From NCBI RefSeq assembly GCF_009914755.1, contig NC_060939.1: 64,000 nt of DNA; one strand, given 5' to 3'. This document shows, one piece after another, positions 16,745 through 31,982 of this stretch. Position numbers and translations under genes: made by a program. Under the pieces are notes generated by a model. That model was not told the DNA's origin. It did not search any database and saw only the letters and a list, made by a program, of their open reading frames with translations. Source of the stretch: the human T2T-CHM13v2.0 reference genome, Homo sapiens. Within the stretch, counting starts at the first letter, position 1. The number at the start of each line of letters is the position of its first letter.

Positions 16745-17730
16745 AAAAAAGGCAACCCACAGAATTAAATATTTGCAAATCACATATCTGTTAAGAAATG
16801 GATATCCAGAATATATCAAGAACTCTTATAACTCAAATACAAAAAAACCTAATTAAAAAATGGGCAAAAGAGCTCAACAGACATTTCTCCAAAGACATTT
16901 CTTCAAGAAAATACACAAATGGCCAATAAGCACATTAAGATGCTCACCATTAGTACGTCATTAGAGAAATGCAAGTCAAAACAAAACCCCAATGAGATAC
17001 CACTTCACAACCATTAGGATGTCCATGATTAAAAAAAAAACAAAACAAGTGTTGGCAAGGATGTGGAAAAACTGAACCCCCTGTGCATCACTGGTGGGAC
17101 TGTAAAATGGTGTAGCCACTGCACCAAACGGTATGGCGAGTTCTCGAAAACTTAAAAACAGAATTGCCATAGGATCCAGAAATTCCCCTTCTAAGTATAT
17201 TCCCAAAAGAAGTAAAGCAGAGACTCAAACAGAACTTTACACACCCATGTTCACAGCAGCGCTGTTCACAATAGTAGCCAAAAGGCAGAAGCAACCCAAG
17301 TGTTTACAGGTGGATGAATGGATCAACAAAATGTGGTCTATCCGTACAATGGAATATTATCCAACCTTATAAAGGAAGGACATTCTGACACACATTAAAA
17401 TATTAAAATATGGATGAATCTTGAGGACTTTTTGCTGAGTGAAACAAGCCAGTCACAAAAGGATAAATATTGTCATGATTCCACTGATATGAAGTGCCTG
17501 GAGGAACCAAATTCAGAGACAGAGAGTAGAATGGTGGTGGCCAGGGGCTGGGGGCAGGGCGGGAATGGGGAGCTAATGTTTAATGGGTATAGAGTTTCTG
17601 ACTGGCAAGATAAAAAGCTTTGGAGATTGGTGATGGTTTGACAACATTGTCAATGTACTTAATGCCACAGAACTGTATACTTAGGATTAAATGGTAAATT
17701 TTATATGTTATATATTTTACTGCACAAAAA
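16745..17730 (+). mobile_element. L1M (L1MB-like) ORF2 3' end and 3' UTR fragment
   Basis: Degenerate ORF2 C-terminus (TPMFTAALFTI...QPKC...DEWINKMW) followed by L1M 3' UTR motifs. Confidence 0.85.
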
Positions 17731-17820
17731 AGAATACTGCAATTTTTTACCAAAACCAACTCTATTTTTTTATTCAAGCCCACAAAACTGATAATACTGT
17801 GTTTTCAAAGTACATGTTTT

Positions 17821-18160
17821 TGGTTGGGCGTGGTGGCTCACGCCTGTAATCCCAGCACTTTAGGAGGCTGAGGGGGGTAGATCACTTGAGGTCAGGAATT
17901 CAAGACCAGCCTGGCCAACATGGCAAAACTTTGTCTCTACTAAAAGGATAGAAAAATTAGTCAGGCACGGTGGCACATGCCTGTAGTCCCAGCTGAGGGA
18001 CTGAGACACGAGAATTGCTTGAATCCAGGAGGCGGAGGTTGCAGTGAGCCAAGATAGTAGTGAGCCAAGATAGTGCCACTGCACTCTAGCCTGGGAGGCA
18101 AAGAGAGACTCTGTCTGAAAAAAAAAAAAAAAAAAAAAAAAAACCCAAAAAATAAAAAAC
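17821..18160 (+). mobile_element. AluS with a short internal duplication
   Basis: Full dimer. agtgagccaagatagt occurs twice in tandem at about 18042-18075. Confidence 0.9.
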
Positions 18161-18650
18161 AAAATGTATGTTTTCTCCAATATGTATGTTTTAAAACATA
18201 AAATCAGGAATATATTTAAGTACGTTGGTCAAAAAAATATAAAGAGAAAGTTACTGTTTTACACAGGTTACTCTAGGTTAAAATCTGAAACAAAAGTTAA
18301 CAGAAAACTCCCACAGAAAAGAGAAAAAGGCAGCATTTTATATGGGATTATAAATATTGTTGAATTTAGGTGACAGATATTCACAATACTCAGAATTAAT
18401 CAGATTTATAAACACACATGTGAAAATTATTCACCTGGCCCTTTACCTACCTATGTCTCCCCTCAAATGTTCAGGAAATAGATGGGGAGGGAAATGTCAC
18501 AGCAAGTAACTGGTAACAACCTCACAGTAGCTTAACAGGATTGGAATAATTTGGTGAGCAACAGGTAATTATTTGGGGGAAGGTGGGGAAGCTAGTCTAT
18601 ATTGATTTTTAATATTCCTAGTAAGAGGTTTAGGAGTTTCCCCAAGTTAC

Positions 18651-18768
18651 CTTAAACATTTCCAGGAGGATTTCCTTGCTGACTTCTAGTCTTTCAAAAG
18701 GTTGCTTTTCTTTTATGATGGCTTTACATATATTCTCCAGGGCTGACAATTCTGTGCTGGACACTGCT
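18651..18768 (-). CDS. TARS3: TARS3 exon 6
   Basis: 118 nt, (R)[39 protein letters not shown]. Acceptor TTTTTAG, donor AAG|GTAACT. Confidence 0.96.
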
Positions 18769-19199
18769 CTAAAAAGAAGAGCAGAGAACCGACATCCATC
18801 TTCCAGACATTATGCATTCCCTCTTTCCTTTGTCCTGGAGCCTCAGCAGCCATAAATTTGAATCTGCTGTCTTATTGTTCCAGGACTTCAGAAAGTCAAA
18901 CGTTCATACAGTCACTACTCTTGTGTCTCAGTGAGGGAGACTGGGCATCAACAGTTGCCAAGACCTGCCTCATTTCTCCTCTGCTGCAAGGGGAGAAGGA
19001 AGCCCTGCTAGGAGACACCCAGGTGGACTGTGAGCTCCTCTGAGGCCTGTTCTTTTGTGTGGTCTTCCTTACCCTTCACATGCTTTAGTTTTGCTCAAGA
19101 GCCAGATGCAGTGCTCATCACGTCCCTGCCCTCACTGGCTATGGAACCAAGGCTGGGAGACATCTGTATGGACTGCAGAGTCGCGGTGCTCCCAGCAGC

Positions 19200-19660
19200 A
19201 CTCAGCCTCCGCTATGCATGGACTAACTTCCTTTCAGTCACCCCCTGGTCAGTGCTCACTCCCTCCTGCCACACTAGCTTCCTTGCCACTCCTCAAACAA
19301 GCCACACATATCCCCACACCAGGACAGTCCCACAGAGGCCTGGAACCTTCTCCCTGCAGATGTCATAAGTATCCCCATCCTCAGGGCTTGCTCCCTCCCT
19401 CCACTCCGGTCGGCTTCAATGCCACCTGCTCCTTCCTGCCCACCTGCCTGTCATGGCACACACCTCCTACACCTGGCTGATGTTCCTATAGTCATCACCA
19501 CCCGGCAGCAGATGGCTGCTTGTGCATTTGCTGTCTTCCCCCAAACACTGTTAGCTCCATGAGGACAGACTGGTTCCTTCACTGCTGAATCACCAGCACC
19601 CAGCACAGAGCACACAGCAGGCAGCAAAAACATCTTGTTGAACGAATACTGGAGCCATGT
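19200..19660. mobile_element. L2 3' fragment
   Basis: ctgttagctccatgaggacag...cagcacccagcacagagc...ttgttgaacgaat resembles an L2 3' end. Confidence 0.55.
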
Positions 19661-19679
19661 TAACAAGAGATGAACGGGA

Positions 19680-20500
19680 TGTGATACTGTGATACAGTAA
19701 GAAACACAAATTTGGTCTTCATCCAGATTTCTGGCACAGGGTTTTTAAAATCCTGAAATCTCTGGAGTGATACGAGTGTCTTTTGTGTGCTGATGAGATG
19801 ACTGGTGGCTAGGTCCCCTAGGTAGCTTCAGAGCAGGAACTGGTCACCACAAAGACCAAGGCATGATTAAAGGGTTGGGACTTTCAGCACCCCCACCTGC
19901 CTCCTTAGGGGAAAGGAGAGGGGCTAGAGATTGGGTTATCACCAAAGGTCAATGATTTAATCAATTGTGCCTCTATAATGAAACCTCCATTAAAATCCCT
20001 AAACAACAAGATTCACAGAGCTTCCAGGTTGTTGAACACATCCAGGTGCTTGGGGCATGGCGCCCAGAGACACATGGCATCTCTGTGGTCCCTCCCACAT
20101 ACCTCACCATAAGCATCTTTCATCAGGCTGTTCATCTCTATCCTTTGTAACATCCATTATAATACACTGGTAAGGTAAGTAAAGTGCCTTCTTGAGTTCT
20201 GTGAGCCAGTCTAGCAAATTATTGAACCCAAGGATGGGGTCATGGGAACTCCCGATTTGTAGCCTGTAGGTCAAAAGTATGGAAGGCCCAGACTTCCAGC
20301 TGGCATCTGAATTGGGGCCAGTCTTGTGGGACTGAGCCCTTGACCTGGGGAATCTGCATTAACTCAGGGTAGATAGTGTCAGAATTGAGTTCAATCATTA
20401 GACACCTCATTGGTGTCCAGAGAGTTGGAGCACTGGCCATTGATTTGGGAAAAAACCCACACCTTTGAGATAAGAATTGTTGTAGGTAAACACAGTTTCA
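19680..20500. mobile_element. MER21-like LTR
   Basis: gagatgactggtggctagg...gggttgggactttcagc...gagttctgtgagcc...tgacctggggaatctgc resembles MER21. Confidence 0.65.
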
Positions 20501-21237
20501 TGCTTGTGAGTAATAGTGGTTCAGATTGGACAAGTCTGTAAGTAGTAGCTACACAGCATTGGGTGCTCGGTTGGGGAGGTCATTAAGCAGCGTGCAGGAG
20601 AAGGTAAAGACAAAATGCACCATAGTCATCCAGGCCAGAGATGCCATGGGGCTAACTTAAGGCAGAAACAAGAGAAGGAGAGGGGGGTGGGAGAACTATT
20701 TAGGAGATAAAATTGGCAGAACTGGACTAAACAACTGGATGGTGGCGTGGTGGTGAAGAGGAGGGAGGAAGTAGAAGGATCAGAGGTTTTGGTTGTGGCA
20801 GTTGGAGGTACCCTAGGAGCTATGAGGAATTCAGGGCAGGAGGTGGACGGGGCTGGCTGTTTGCTAACGATTCAAGCATAGGCCTATGGAATGTGAAGCA
20901 TCTGTGACACATCCCTGTCCGGCACTCAACTATGTGAGATGTTTGGCTGAGGTTAATGAGGTCCTTGATTATCACGGAGCGAATTAAACTAGCCTCTCTC
21001 TAGGAATTAAGCTTTCAATTCTGGTCTTAATTAATACCATGCTCTAGCAAGTCCAAGATTAGATAAATAGCATATCATATTCTTCTGGGGACAAAAAAGA
21101 AAACAATCTTAGAAGTATCTCTTGAATCTAAACTAGATTTGACTAAAAATAATTTTCAGTTAAATGCCTTAGACCATTTCTAAACTAAAAATAATTTTCA
21201 AAATTGGTCAACCAATCTATAATCATCTTATGCAATA

Positions 21238-21651
21238 CAGTTGACCCTTGAACAACAAAGGTTAGAACTGCATGGGTCCACCTATATGTGGATTTTCTTC
21301 TGCCTCTGCCACCCGGAGACAGCAAGACCAACCCTTCCACTTCCTCATCAGCCTACTCAACGTGAAGATGAAGAGCTTTATAATGATCCACTTCCACTAA
21401 ATGAATGGTAAATACATTTTCTCTTCCTTATGATTTTCTTAACATCTCTTTTCTCTAGCTTATTTCAAGAATACAGTATATGATACACCTAAGATACAAA
21501 CTATGTGATACTCAACTGTTTATGTTTTCATTAAGGCGTCTAGCTAACAACAGGCTATTAGTTAAGTTTAGGAGGAATCACAAGTTGAACTCGGATTTTC
21601 AACTGCATGGGCGTCGGTGCCCCTAACCCCACATTATGTAAGGGCCAACAG
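21238..21651 (+). mobile_element. Tigger2a/MER28-like TcMar DNA transposon
   Basis: TIR cagttgacccttgaacaa ... aagggccaacag, flanked by TA. It ends about 85 bp from the exon 5 donor. Confidence 0.82.
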
Positions 21652-21737
21652 TATACAGTTACTAGGCTAGTATGTAACCATTACAGAACAATACAATTGA
21701 AACACATGCATTCACAAGCCAGTATTCAGTGTGTTAC

Positions 21738-21859
21738 CTGTCTTCAATGAACATGTCATAATAAAATCCATTTTCAATGGGCGGACCGTAGCACAGGTGG
21801 CCTCCATAGTAAAGCTCCATGGCCTCCCCAAGAATGTGAGCACTGGAGTGCCAGTACAC
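21738..21859 (-). CDS. TARS3: TARS3 exon 5 (editing domain, HSSAH motif)
   Basis: 122 nt, [40 protein letters not shown]+AG. Acceptor GCAG, donor AG|GTAACA. Confidence 0.97.
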
Positions 21860-22879
21860 CTGCATGGCATGGACAAAGAGGCCATTAGCTACCAAAAGTA
21901 TGTCATGGAAAATTAGTAGTAAAATGATGTAAACCAGTAGAAAATTTTAAGGAGATACATGGCAAGACCAAGGGCAGCAACATCAACTTGAAAGGAAAAT
22001 CTTCGATGCCCACTTAGAAGAGAATGCTTTCTGAGCCCTCCCTGACATTCCACCGGAGTCACTTGCTCAGTGCCAGTGTGAAGCTGCTCTGCTGAGTGGC
22101 AGCTAGAGCTCGGCCACAACCCCATTTCCTCTGTGCATGTCAGCCACGAGAGATGAACACCTCTCAGAACAGCCAGCAGAGCAGCTGTGTGCAAACCTGA
22201 TTGAAGCCCAGAGTAGGAGGAAGGCCGAGGAGTGCCAGATGCTAGCTGTCTTCTTTTTCTCCAGGGGCACCCTCTCTGAGCTGGACACAGAGCACTGAAG
22301 TGTTCCTGACACCACTACAGTTAACGAGATCCTGCATCTCCAGAGCAGTCTTCGTGTGTTGAATAGCATGTGACTGTGGAAGTTTGAAAGATGTCTCAGG
22401 AAGAAAAAAGTGTTGCCAGGGAACGTCTGCTGGCTGCCTGGGACGCCTGAGAAGTGTATATATGGGCTCATTAGCCACAGTCCAGAGCCCGGTTGTCAGT
22501 CCTCCAAGTTCAAAAAGTTGATACTGTTTTGAGTTCCCAAGGAATTCATTTTAGTTTATGGATAAACTGAAATTAACCAAAGTCACCAAATAAATATAGG
22601 TACCAAAGGAGTAAGATAATCAACTCATCTTTCAGCACTTTCTTTCTTTTTATTAAATAGAAAGCAAGTTACAATTAAAAAGCTGTTTGATAAAATGAAT
22701 CAGGGCAGAAGGAGTCAGATGATGGAGCACTATGTGCAATCCCAGCCCACAGCAATAGGCTGGGATATGATTTGCAGACAGACCCAGAGGGTCAGTCCTT
22801 AGGGCACAGCACTGCTCCTTTGGATGCTGCTAGGATGGCAGGCTGACTGCTAGCATCAGCCCAAATCTCCCATGTGGTG

Positions 22880-23700
22880 CACTGTCCACACCTACACATT
22901 TGTTGAGCCAAACACTGTGCTGGGTATACAATAGTGAAAGAAACAGACATAGTCACAGCCCCCACACAGGTACAGCCTATTGGCGAAGACACAGGCAATA
23001 AACAAACCTGGACGTGCATAATTCTAAGATGAGAAGGGTGTTTAAAAGGAGATGAACAGGGCTCTGTAATATAGAAAAATGGTGAGTGTCCTGCATTCAT
23101 GGGGACTCGGGAAGGCCTGTGTGACTAACACGTAGGGGATGTGACAAAGCATAGCTTGAGAAAGGTTAGAGAGGTAAGGAAGGGCCAGAGACCATGCAGG
23201 CCTTGGGGAGGAGCTTGCATTTTACTCCAAATGCAATGGGATGCATTAAAGGGTTTTAAGCAAAATGATTAAATTTACATTTACACACATCATTTGATAG
23301 CTCGATGGGAATGAATTTCAGGGGACAAAACAGCAAGTAGGCAGTTTCTTGGGTGGTTCTATAACAAGGTGAGTGCGGATTCTCAGGCAGTGGCAATGGA
23401 GAGGGAGAGAAGTGGACAGATTCTAGATATTTTTAGGAAGTAAAATCTACTGGGCTTACCCCTCACTGGAGATGGAGTTGAGGGACGGGGAGGAATCACA
23501 CAAAACCTCCAAGGTTCTGGAATGAGCTATTGGGTATGTGGTGGAGTAATGCACTGACTTAGGCAAACAGGAAGAAATAAGTTTTGGGGTTAAAATCGAA
23601 AATTTCATGGTGAATGTACTGAAGATTCTTGTACAATATCTACATGCAGATATCACGTAGACAGTAGTGCATAAAAACTGAGGCATGGCTAGCTATGGCT
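22880..23700. mobile_element. L2 fragments
   Basis: atttgttgagcc...ctgtgctgggtatacaatagtg... and gagaagtggacagattctagatat resemble L2. Confidence 0.55.
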
Positions 23701-24195
23701 GGAGAGTTGTGAATTCAGTCTACAGTACTGAACTTTCTGAAAATCACTTTTAAATATGGTTTTATTAATAGTGTACTGTTTACATATTTAATGGTTATAC
23801 TTTGCATATTTTAAACAGAAATTATAATATGGTTCTTATAGTTTAAAGAAATTTAGCATAAGCCTTGCAATTATTGTAACCTAAGCTAATCATAACTTAG
23901 GTTTCATGAAGATAATGGACAGCTTGAAGGGCGACTGCAACGTTCAGGCGACAACGTATATCAGAAATCATATATCACATGCATATGTGAAAAATGTGGT
24001 ATTTATTTTATAGAAAATTATATTAAGTATTTAAAGGATATCTGAGTCTTGTAATTTCTTCCAATTCTCCTATACATATTAAATTATAAAGTAGACCCAT
24101 TTTTAATGGCCTACTAACAATTCATTTCAAACACACATTGATTTAATAACCAAAGCATTCTAACTTAAGGAAATGATTATTGTAAGAAATGATAA

Positions 24196-24505
24196 GGCTG
24201 GGCACAGTGGCTCACACCTGTAATCCTAGCACTATGGGAGGCTGAGGGAGGCATACTGCTTGAGCCCAGGAGTTTGAGAACAGCCTGGGCAACATAGCAA
24301 AACCCTGTCTCTACAAAAAATATGAAAAATTAGCTGAGTGTGGTGGTGTGCACCTGTAGTCCCAGGTAGCTGGGAGGCTGAGGTGGGAGGATCACCTGAG
24401 CCAGGGGAGGTTGAGGCTGCAGTGAGCCGTGATTGCGCCACTGCACTCCAGTCTGGGTGACAGAGTAAGACTCCATCTCAAAAAAAAAAAAAAAAAAAAA
24501 AAAAG
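24196..24505 (+). mobile_element. AluJ
   Basis: Diverged dimer with a long A tail. Confidence 0.9.
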
Positions 24506-24712
24506 AAATTATAAATATGGGCTACTTTAAAAACTGACATGTATTTGTATACATTCATGCCACAAATATTTATTAAACATCAATAATCAAATTTTAAATC
24601 TTAGAAACCCCCAAAAAACTCAACATTCGTGACTTCAATATGTGGCCTCTTATATAATGTAGTTTACAACATAACTACCCAAAGTTTGGCTGTCTGGTTT
24701 TTAAATACTCAC

Positions 24713-24836
24713 AGCTTGAGCTTCCTCATTATCAAATGTAAGCAGCTCTAGAGAAGAGTCCCCTTCCAATGGGCGGTCCAGGTCCCACAGTTCACCATTG
24801 ACTTTGGCTATTACCGTGCTTTCAGCCAGTTCCTGA
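24713..24836 (-). CDS. TARS3: TARS3 exon 4 (TGS domain)
   Basis: 124 nt, (S)[41 protein letters not shown], with the ThrRS motif WDLDRPLE. Donor GCT|GTGAGT. Confidence 0.97.
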
Positions 24837-24954
24837 CTAAGAAGACAAAAGCCACTTGGGAGTTAACTTTATCACTGTTACAATGATTCCTTAAAATATT
24901 AAAAGAATTTCTAGGGTTTTTTTTTTTTGAAGTGTATAAAAAGTACAAACATAA

Positions 24955-25318
<364 letters not shown>

Positions 25319-25785
25319 ACATTCACTGTTTAAAAAAAACTTGGAAAACTGAGAAAGCCCACAAGATAAAATAAAAATCACACATAAATATCATAAATCA
25401 CTACTTATAACATTTTGGTACATTTCTATCCAGTGGTTTTTCTACCTCCATCCACCCCACGCACACATATGTGCTGTCTTTAAAAGCAGCTGCCGACATA
25501 ATTGTATAGCTTGCATTTTCTGTCATGCCTCAGATTGCCTTCCAAAGCAGTCTGGAAGTATTGTATTTATTAATGAAGCCTCCACTGCTGCACACTGAGG
25601 TCGCCTAAGTCTTGCTATCATAGAGTATATCACACAGACATCTGTACACAGGCATCTTGCGACTTCTGTGACTGTTTTCTGGGAATACATCCACAGAATT
25701 GGAATTACTAGATCAAAGGGGATGTACCGTTGACAGATTTCTGATGTCAATTGAACGCATCACTTCCACGTACCCCGATTTTTAA

Positions 25786-26159
<374 letters not shown>

Positions 26160-26727
26160 TAACATTTATTGTTTGAAAATTGTTGACAAAATTACAAGTT
26201 AAGAAAGGAAACCTGGAAAGCACAGAAACACACACACAAAATCACCTATAATTCTACCACCAAGAAATTACCATTGATGTTTTGTTTATATCTTTCCATA
26301 TTAATATATAGGAATAAAAAATATTTAATAGTATCATAATTATGTGATTTTATAACCTACTTCTTAAACTTCACAATAAATCACAGCATCTTCCCTAACA
26401 GGAGACAGATTTCCAAAACGTGATATTTAATAGTCACAGAGGAACCAATATTTGCTAGGCATTTTAATTATTTTTTATGGGTACTTCGGGGGACGAGTAG
26501 CAACAAAAAACAATGCTGCAATGAACATTCTTGAACATATATCTTACTCAATTATTTTCTCAGGAAAAATTCTGGAAGTACAACTGCTAGGTCAAGGGAA
26601 ATGCATTTTCAGTGATTTCTGTCAGAATATATTGCAAAATTTTCCTACTAGCAGAGTTACAAGAGTATCTTGTCTCTGAGTTCTCATAATGTTAGGTACT
26701 ATTAAATTGTATCAACTCTACAATGTA

Positions 26728-27037
<310 letters not shown>

Positions 27038-27311
27038 TAATCTTTTAATTTACATTTCTGTGATTAACTTGAGCAGCAGTACTGCATTGAGGTTGGGGGC
27101 ACACAGGTAAGAGGCCAACCTGAGTTTAAATACTGGACAATTTACTCAGCTTCTTTAGGCCTCAGTTTTCTTATCTACAAAATAGGGATTATAGGACCTT
27201 CCTCATTCATCTATACTCAGGATTACATAATGTGTACATATGATAACAAGAACTTAATAAATGTTAGATGTTATTAATCAAGTAGAACTTTCTTTTCATT
27301 TTTACTGGCTG

Positions 27312-29720
27312 TCATAGATGGCTAGTGTTTCGCAAACCGATTCTGCCCTTCTTCTCCAGAAGGAGTTTTCCAGCCTTCCTTGCAGCTACATGTGGCCATG
27401 TGGCCAGGTTTGGAGCCAATGGATAGAAGGAGAAGTCATGTGTAACACTTCTGTGTCTCATCATTAAAACAGTGGAGGGCACTTCTCCAACCTCTCTCCA
27501 CCTTCTGTAGATGGGAACCCATGTGCTATTCTTTCTGGACCATGTAGACAACGGCAACATTGTACCAGACAAATCAGCAACAAGATGGGAGAAATCTGGG
27601 TCCCCAAAAGACCGTATGGAGACATGTCACCCAGTCAACCTGGCCACCCACGTCTAGACTGCTATATGAAAAACAGACTTTGACCATATTCAAGCGACTT
27701 GAGTTTTTTGTGATGTCTTTGTTGTAGCAGCTTAGTATATATCTTAAGTAATACAGAAATAAGGACCTGGAAGTAAAAATCCAAAACAAGTGGCACTGGC
27801 TTAACAGACTGGCAGTGAGTAACAAGGAAACAGATTCTAACATATGGAGAGCCAATAACCTTTGTGATAGTATATCAAAATATTTGATAAAACTTGCAGG
27901 CAAACCATGTGTCACAGTGCTTGTAGCACACAAGAAAGCAGGTATAAAAGGGGAGAGTAGGGCTGGGCGTGGTGGCTTACATCTGTAATCCCAACATTTT
28001 GGGAGGCTGATGTGGGCAGACCACCTGAGGTTGGAAGTTCGAGACCAGCCTGACTAACATGGAGAAACGCCATCCTTACTAAAAATACAAAATTAGCTGG
28101 GTGTGGTGGCGCATGCCTGTAATCTCAACTACTCGGGAGGCTGAGGCAGGAGAATCGCTTGAAACCGGAGGGCGGAGGTTGTGGTGAGCCAAGATCGAGA
28201 AAAGGGGCGGGGTGGAGGTGGGGGGACAGTGTTGGTATACCCTGGGTAACTCTTGTTGCTTTCAGCAAGAAGCTACAAGAATGAGTTATCTCAGATGAAA
28301 ACAATCTAGTTTGCCAGCAGAGGTGGAAGGGATAGGGAGGCTCCCTCTGCCCGTGTCCTGTAATTCAACTGACTAAAAGTTCAGAAACGTGGAGCTATGC
28401 AAGATGGGAAAGACAATCTTCTTTCCCAAACCGCAGGAGGGACAGGCATTGATAGCCCTTCTCAAAGGCCACACATAAATCCAGACAATAGAGGCCAGTG
28501 GAACTGCAAGGATTAGAGAGCAAGAGTGCCTCCCTCCCACAAGCCTCTGCTTCATATGATCTCAGTCCATTAAACAAGGAGACAGGAGTGAGCCGAATAA
28601 AAAAGCCATGCAACAACAGGGTGAGAAGTCTCTATCTAGAAGATTCTTTAAGTGAGATTACTTTCATGTGGAACGGATTAGCTGCAAACAGACCAGAGCC
28701 TACTATGGCTAACTGATCATGGTAATTGTATTGCCAAACAAATCATAAGCTCAGCTCACAAATATCTGTGACTATGTGATCCTTAAGGGAACCCTCAGGC
28801 CCCAAATGTGCACCACAGAACTGAGCTGTGGAAACTGCACAGATCCCAAGAGGACAAACTCGTGCACTTCAGATGTGACAAGTGAGGGTAATGGACAACT
28901 CCGAACTTCCCAAAGTGCAAAATCAGGGCCCATGGAGGATCATGGGATAAGACAGCTGCTTCCAGAGAACAAAGGATGAACAGGTGGGCTGACACAAGCA
29001 CTAACTGCTGCCAGGCTGTGGGGCCTCAAGGTGGCTTCAAGCAGAATCTGATGACTTCTCTATACCACTCCCTGCTATATTTCTCCTCCTTCTTTTTTCC
29101 AAGCACACACTTTGTGATTGTCTTCTGTGTACTGTATGCACGTGTGGTGTGAGCAGACTTGTCTATCAGTTTATTTGTTGCTAGAATACAAGTGGTCAGC
29201 CTGATGGGGGGTGTTCTGTACATCACTCAGAAATCCCAGGCTTTGAGCTATGGAACATAAGAGTTGTCTCACTTGGGGAGTGAGTGTGTCAGATGTTGAA
29301 AGAAGAGTACCCACAGATATCTGGATGTCAGAGGGGCAGACTGTGGCAGACTCTCTGTTGTTCCATAAACCATTCCTCTCTTCCATGGTATGAATGCTTT
29401 AGCTGGACATGTGGCTGGGCGGCCAAGGGAGCTATATTCCAATTCTCTCTTACAGCTAGGCATAGCCATGTGACTAAATGTGAGCTAAGAGGATGTAAGT
29501 GGAAACTGAAGCCAGCCACTATGGGGTCTTGGCCTCAAAGCATCATTGCTCTGCAGCTTCTCTTCCTCCTGACTGCAGGCAGGCCCATGCAAGGACCCAG
29601 CTTCCACCGCTAGACACAAAGAAACCCTACCTAGGAGACAGCAGATCAACAAGATGGGAGGAAGCTGGGTCCATAAATAACTGCATGGACCAGAGATGTC
29701 CACTAGGCTTGACTGGTCAC
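27312..29720. mobile_element. Ancient MLT1 (MaLR) element: LTR-like ends with internal sequence, interrupted by an Alu (27961-28200)
   Basis: Related motifs cttgcagctacatgtggccatgtg (about 27380) and cttacagctaggcatagccatgtg (about 29450), both followed by caacaagatggga. Confidence 0.55.
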
Positions 29721-29729
29721 TTCTAGACG

Positions 29730-29885
29730 GTTAGCTTGCATTAGAAGCCCCTGGAGAGCTCATAAAAACACTGATGGCTGATCAATTCAGGGGGTTTGAG
29801 GTGGGATCCCCAAATTTGCTTTTCTAACAAGTTTCCAGGTGATGCCCATGCTGCTGGTCTGGGGACTACACTTTGAGAAATACTG
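29730..29885. mobile_element. MER5A-like hAT MITE
   Basis: tttctaacaagtttccaggtgatgcc...gggactacactttgagaa. Confidence 0.7.
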
Positions 29886-30127
29886 ACCCAACACATTTAA
29901 CATGCAACCTGACTCTCCATGAGAAAACAAACTTATTCTTGCCTCAAAACCTGTTTTCTCCTAGCACATCATTCCTCCTGGAAAACATGAAAACAGGCTG
30001 GGAGAGCATTTAACAATATAATAGGATGAATCAGAAATACAATCTTAGCCATAGTTTTCAAAGAAAATCTGAGAATTTCAGTTGTTGAAACAGTTTGCTT
30101 TTTAAATGATGAACATTTATTTACATG

Positions 30128-30199
30128 GCATTAATACAATTGTATAGAAGCTATATAATTGTATTTATACAATAGCTTCTATACAATTGTATTTAATGC
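30128..30199. repeat. AT-rich inverted repeat with perfect 22-bp arms
   Basis: 30133-30154 aatacaattgtatagaagctat is the exact reverse complement of 30172-30193. The loop is 17 nt. Confidence 0.92.
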
Positions 30200-30542
30200 T
30201 AAGAATTAACATGAGTCAAAACAATATAAGTTCACTAATGTATCTAATTTCTAGAAAAGTCAAAGCACTTTTCCAAGACTGATAATAGCTCTAAAACATT
30301 TATCTTCAATCTATACTTAAAAGACCTGTAAAAACTCATGGAAATTACTTGATTGACGAATAAAGTCAGTGTAAAATGGCCTATCAAGAATTACAGATTT
30401 TTTTCTCTCCTATATATTTTTATTAGAACAGGAAATGATTGTGTTCTGATATTCAACTACTTATTTACATGGCCCTTGGAGAAGCCAGAGGAAAAAAATT
30501 AAATACATTTAATTTATTCAACTGAATAAAAAAAAAATTAGC

Positions 30543-30917
30543 TGATATGGTTTGGCTGTGTGCCCATCCAAACCTCATCTTGAACTCTAGTTCCCATAAT
30601 CCCCACGTTTTGTGGAAGGGACCCAGTGGGAGGTAACTGAATCACAGGGGCTGTTACCTCCATGCTGTTCTTTGATAGTGAGTGCATTCTCATGAGATCT
30701 GATGGTTTTATAAGGGGTTTTCCCCCCACTTTGCTCTGCACTTCTCCTTGCCGCTGCCATGTGAAGAAGGACATGCTTGCTTCCCCTTCTGCCACGACTG
30801 TAAGTTTCCTGAAGCCTCCCCAGCCCTGCGGAACTGTGAGTCAATTAAATCTTCTTCCTTTATAAATAACCCAGTCTCAGACATGTCCTTTTAGTATCGT
30901 GAGAATGGAGTAATATA
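30543..30917 (+). mobile_element. THE1-type MaLR solo LTR
   Basis: Starts tgatatggtttggctgtg. 5-bp TSD ttagc. Confidence 0.88.
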
Positions 30918-30999
30918 TTAGCGGTCCCTAAGAAAACATTTTCACCAGGCTTCAGTATAATTACTTAAGATTGAATATCTTTTCCACACTGCGGTTTAC

Positions 31000-31196
31000 C
31001 TAATTTCAGCAGCCACTTGGTAAGGCGTTGTTTTCCAGACTTCCCCTTGCACTGTTTGCCCATCAGCCACTCTTACTGTGATGATGTTGCTTGTATCCCC
31101 CTTTTTTCCATAAATGGCAAGTAAGAGCTGATGGTCTTTCTTCAGTATTTCAAAAAGCTTCAATCTTTCTTTTATGAAAATTGGTTGATGCTTCAC
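31000..31196 (-). CDS. TARS3: TARS3 exon 3 (start of TGS domain)
   Basis: 197 nt, [15 protein letters not shown]...[15 protein letters not shown]+AG. Acceptor CCAG, donor AG|GTAAAC. Matches ORF 30996..31196. Confidence 0.97.
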
Positions 31197-31264
31197 CTGG
31201 AAATTATTAGAACATAATGAGATTAATATATACAGCCTACTGTTTTCCAGCTGCTCAGCTCTGA

Positions 31265-31982
<718 letters not shown>

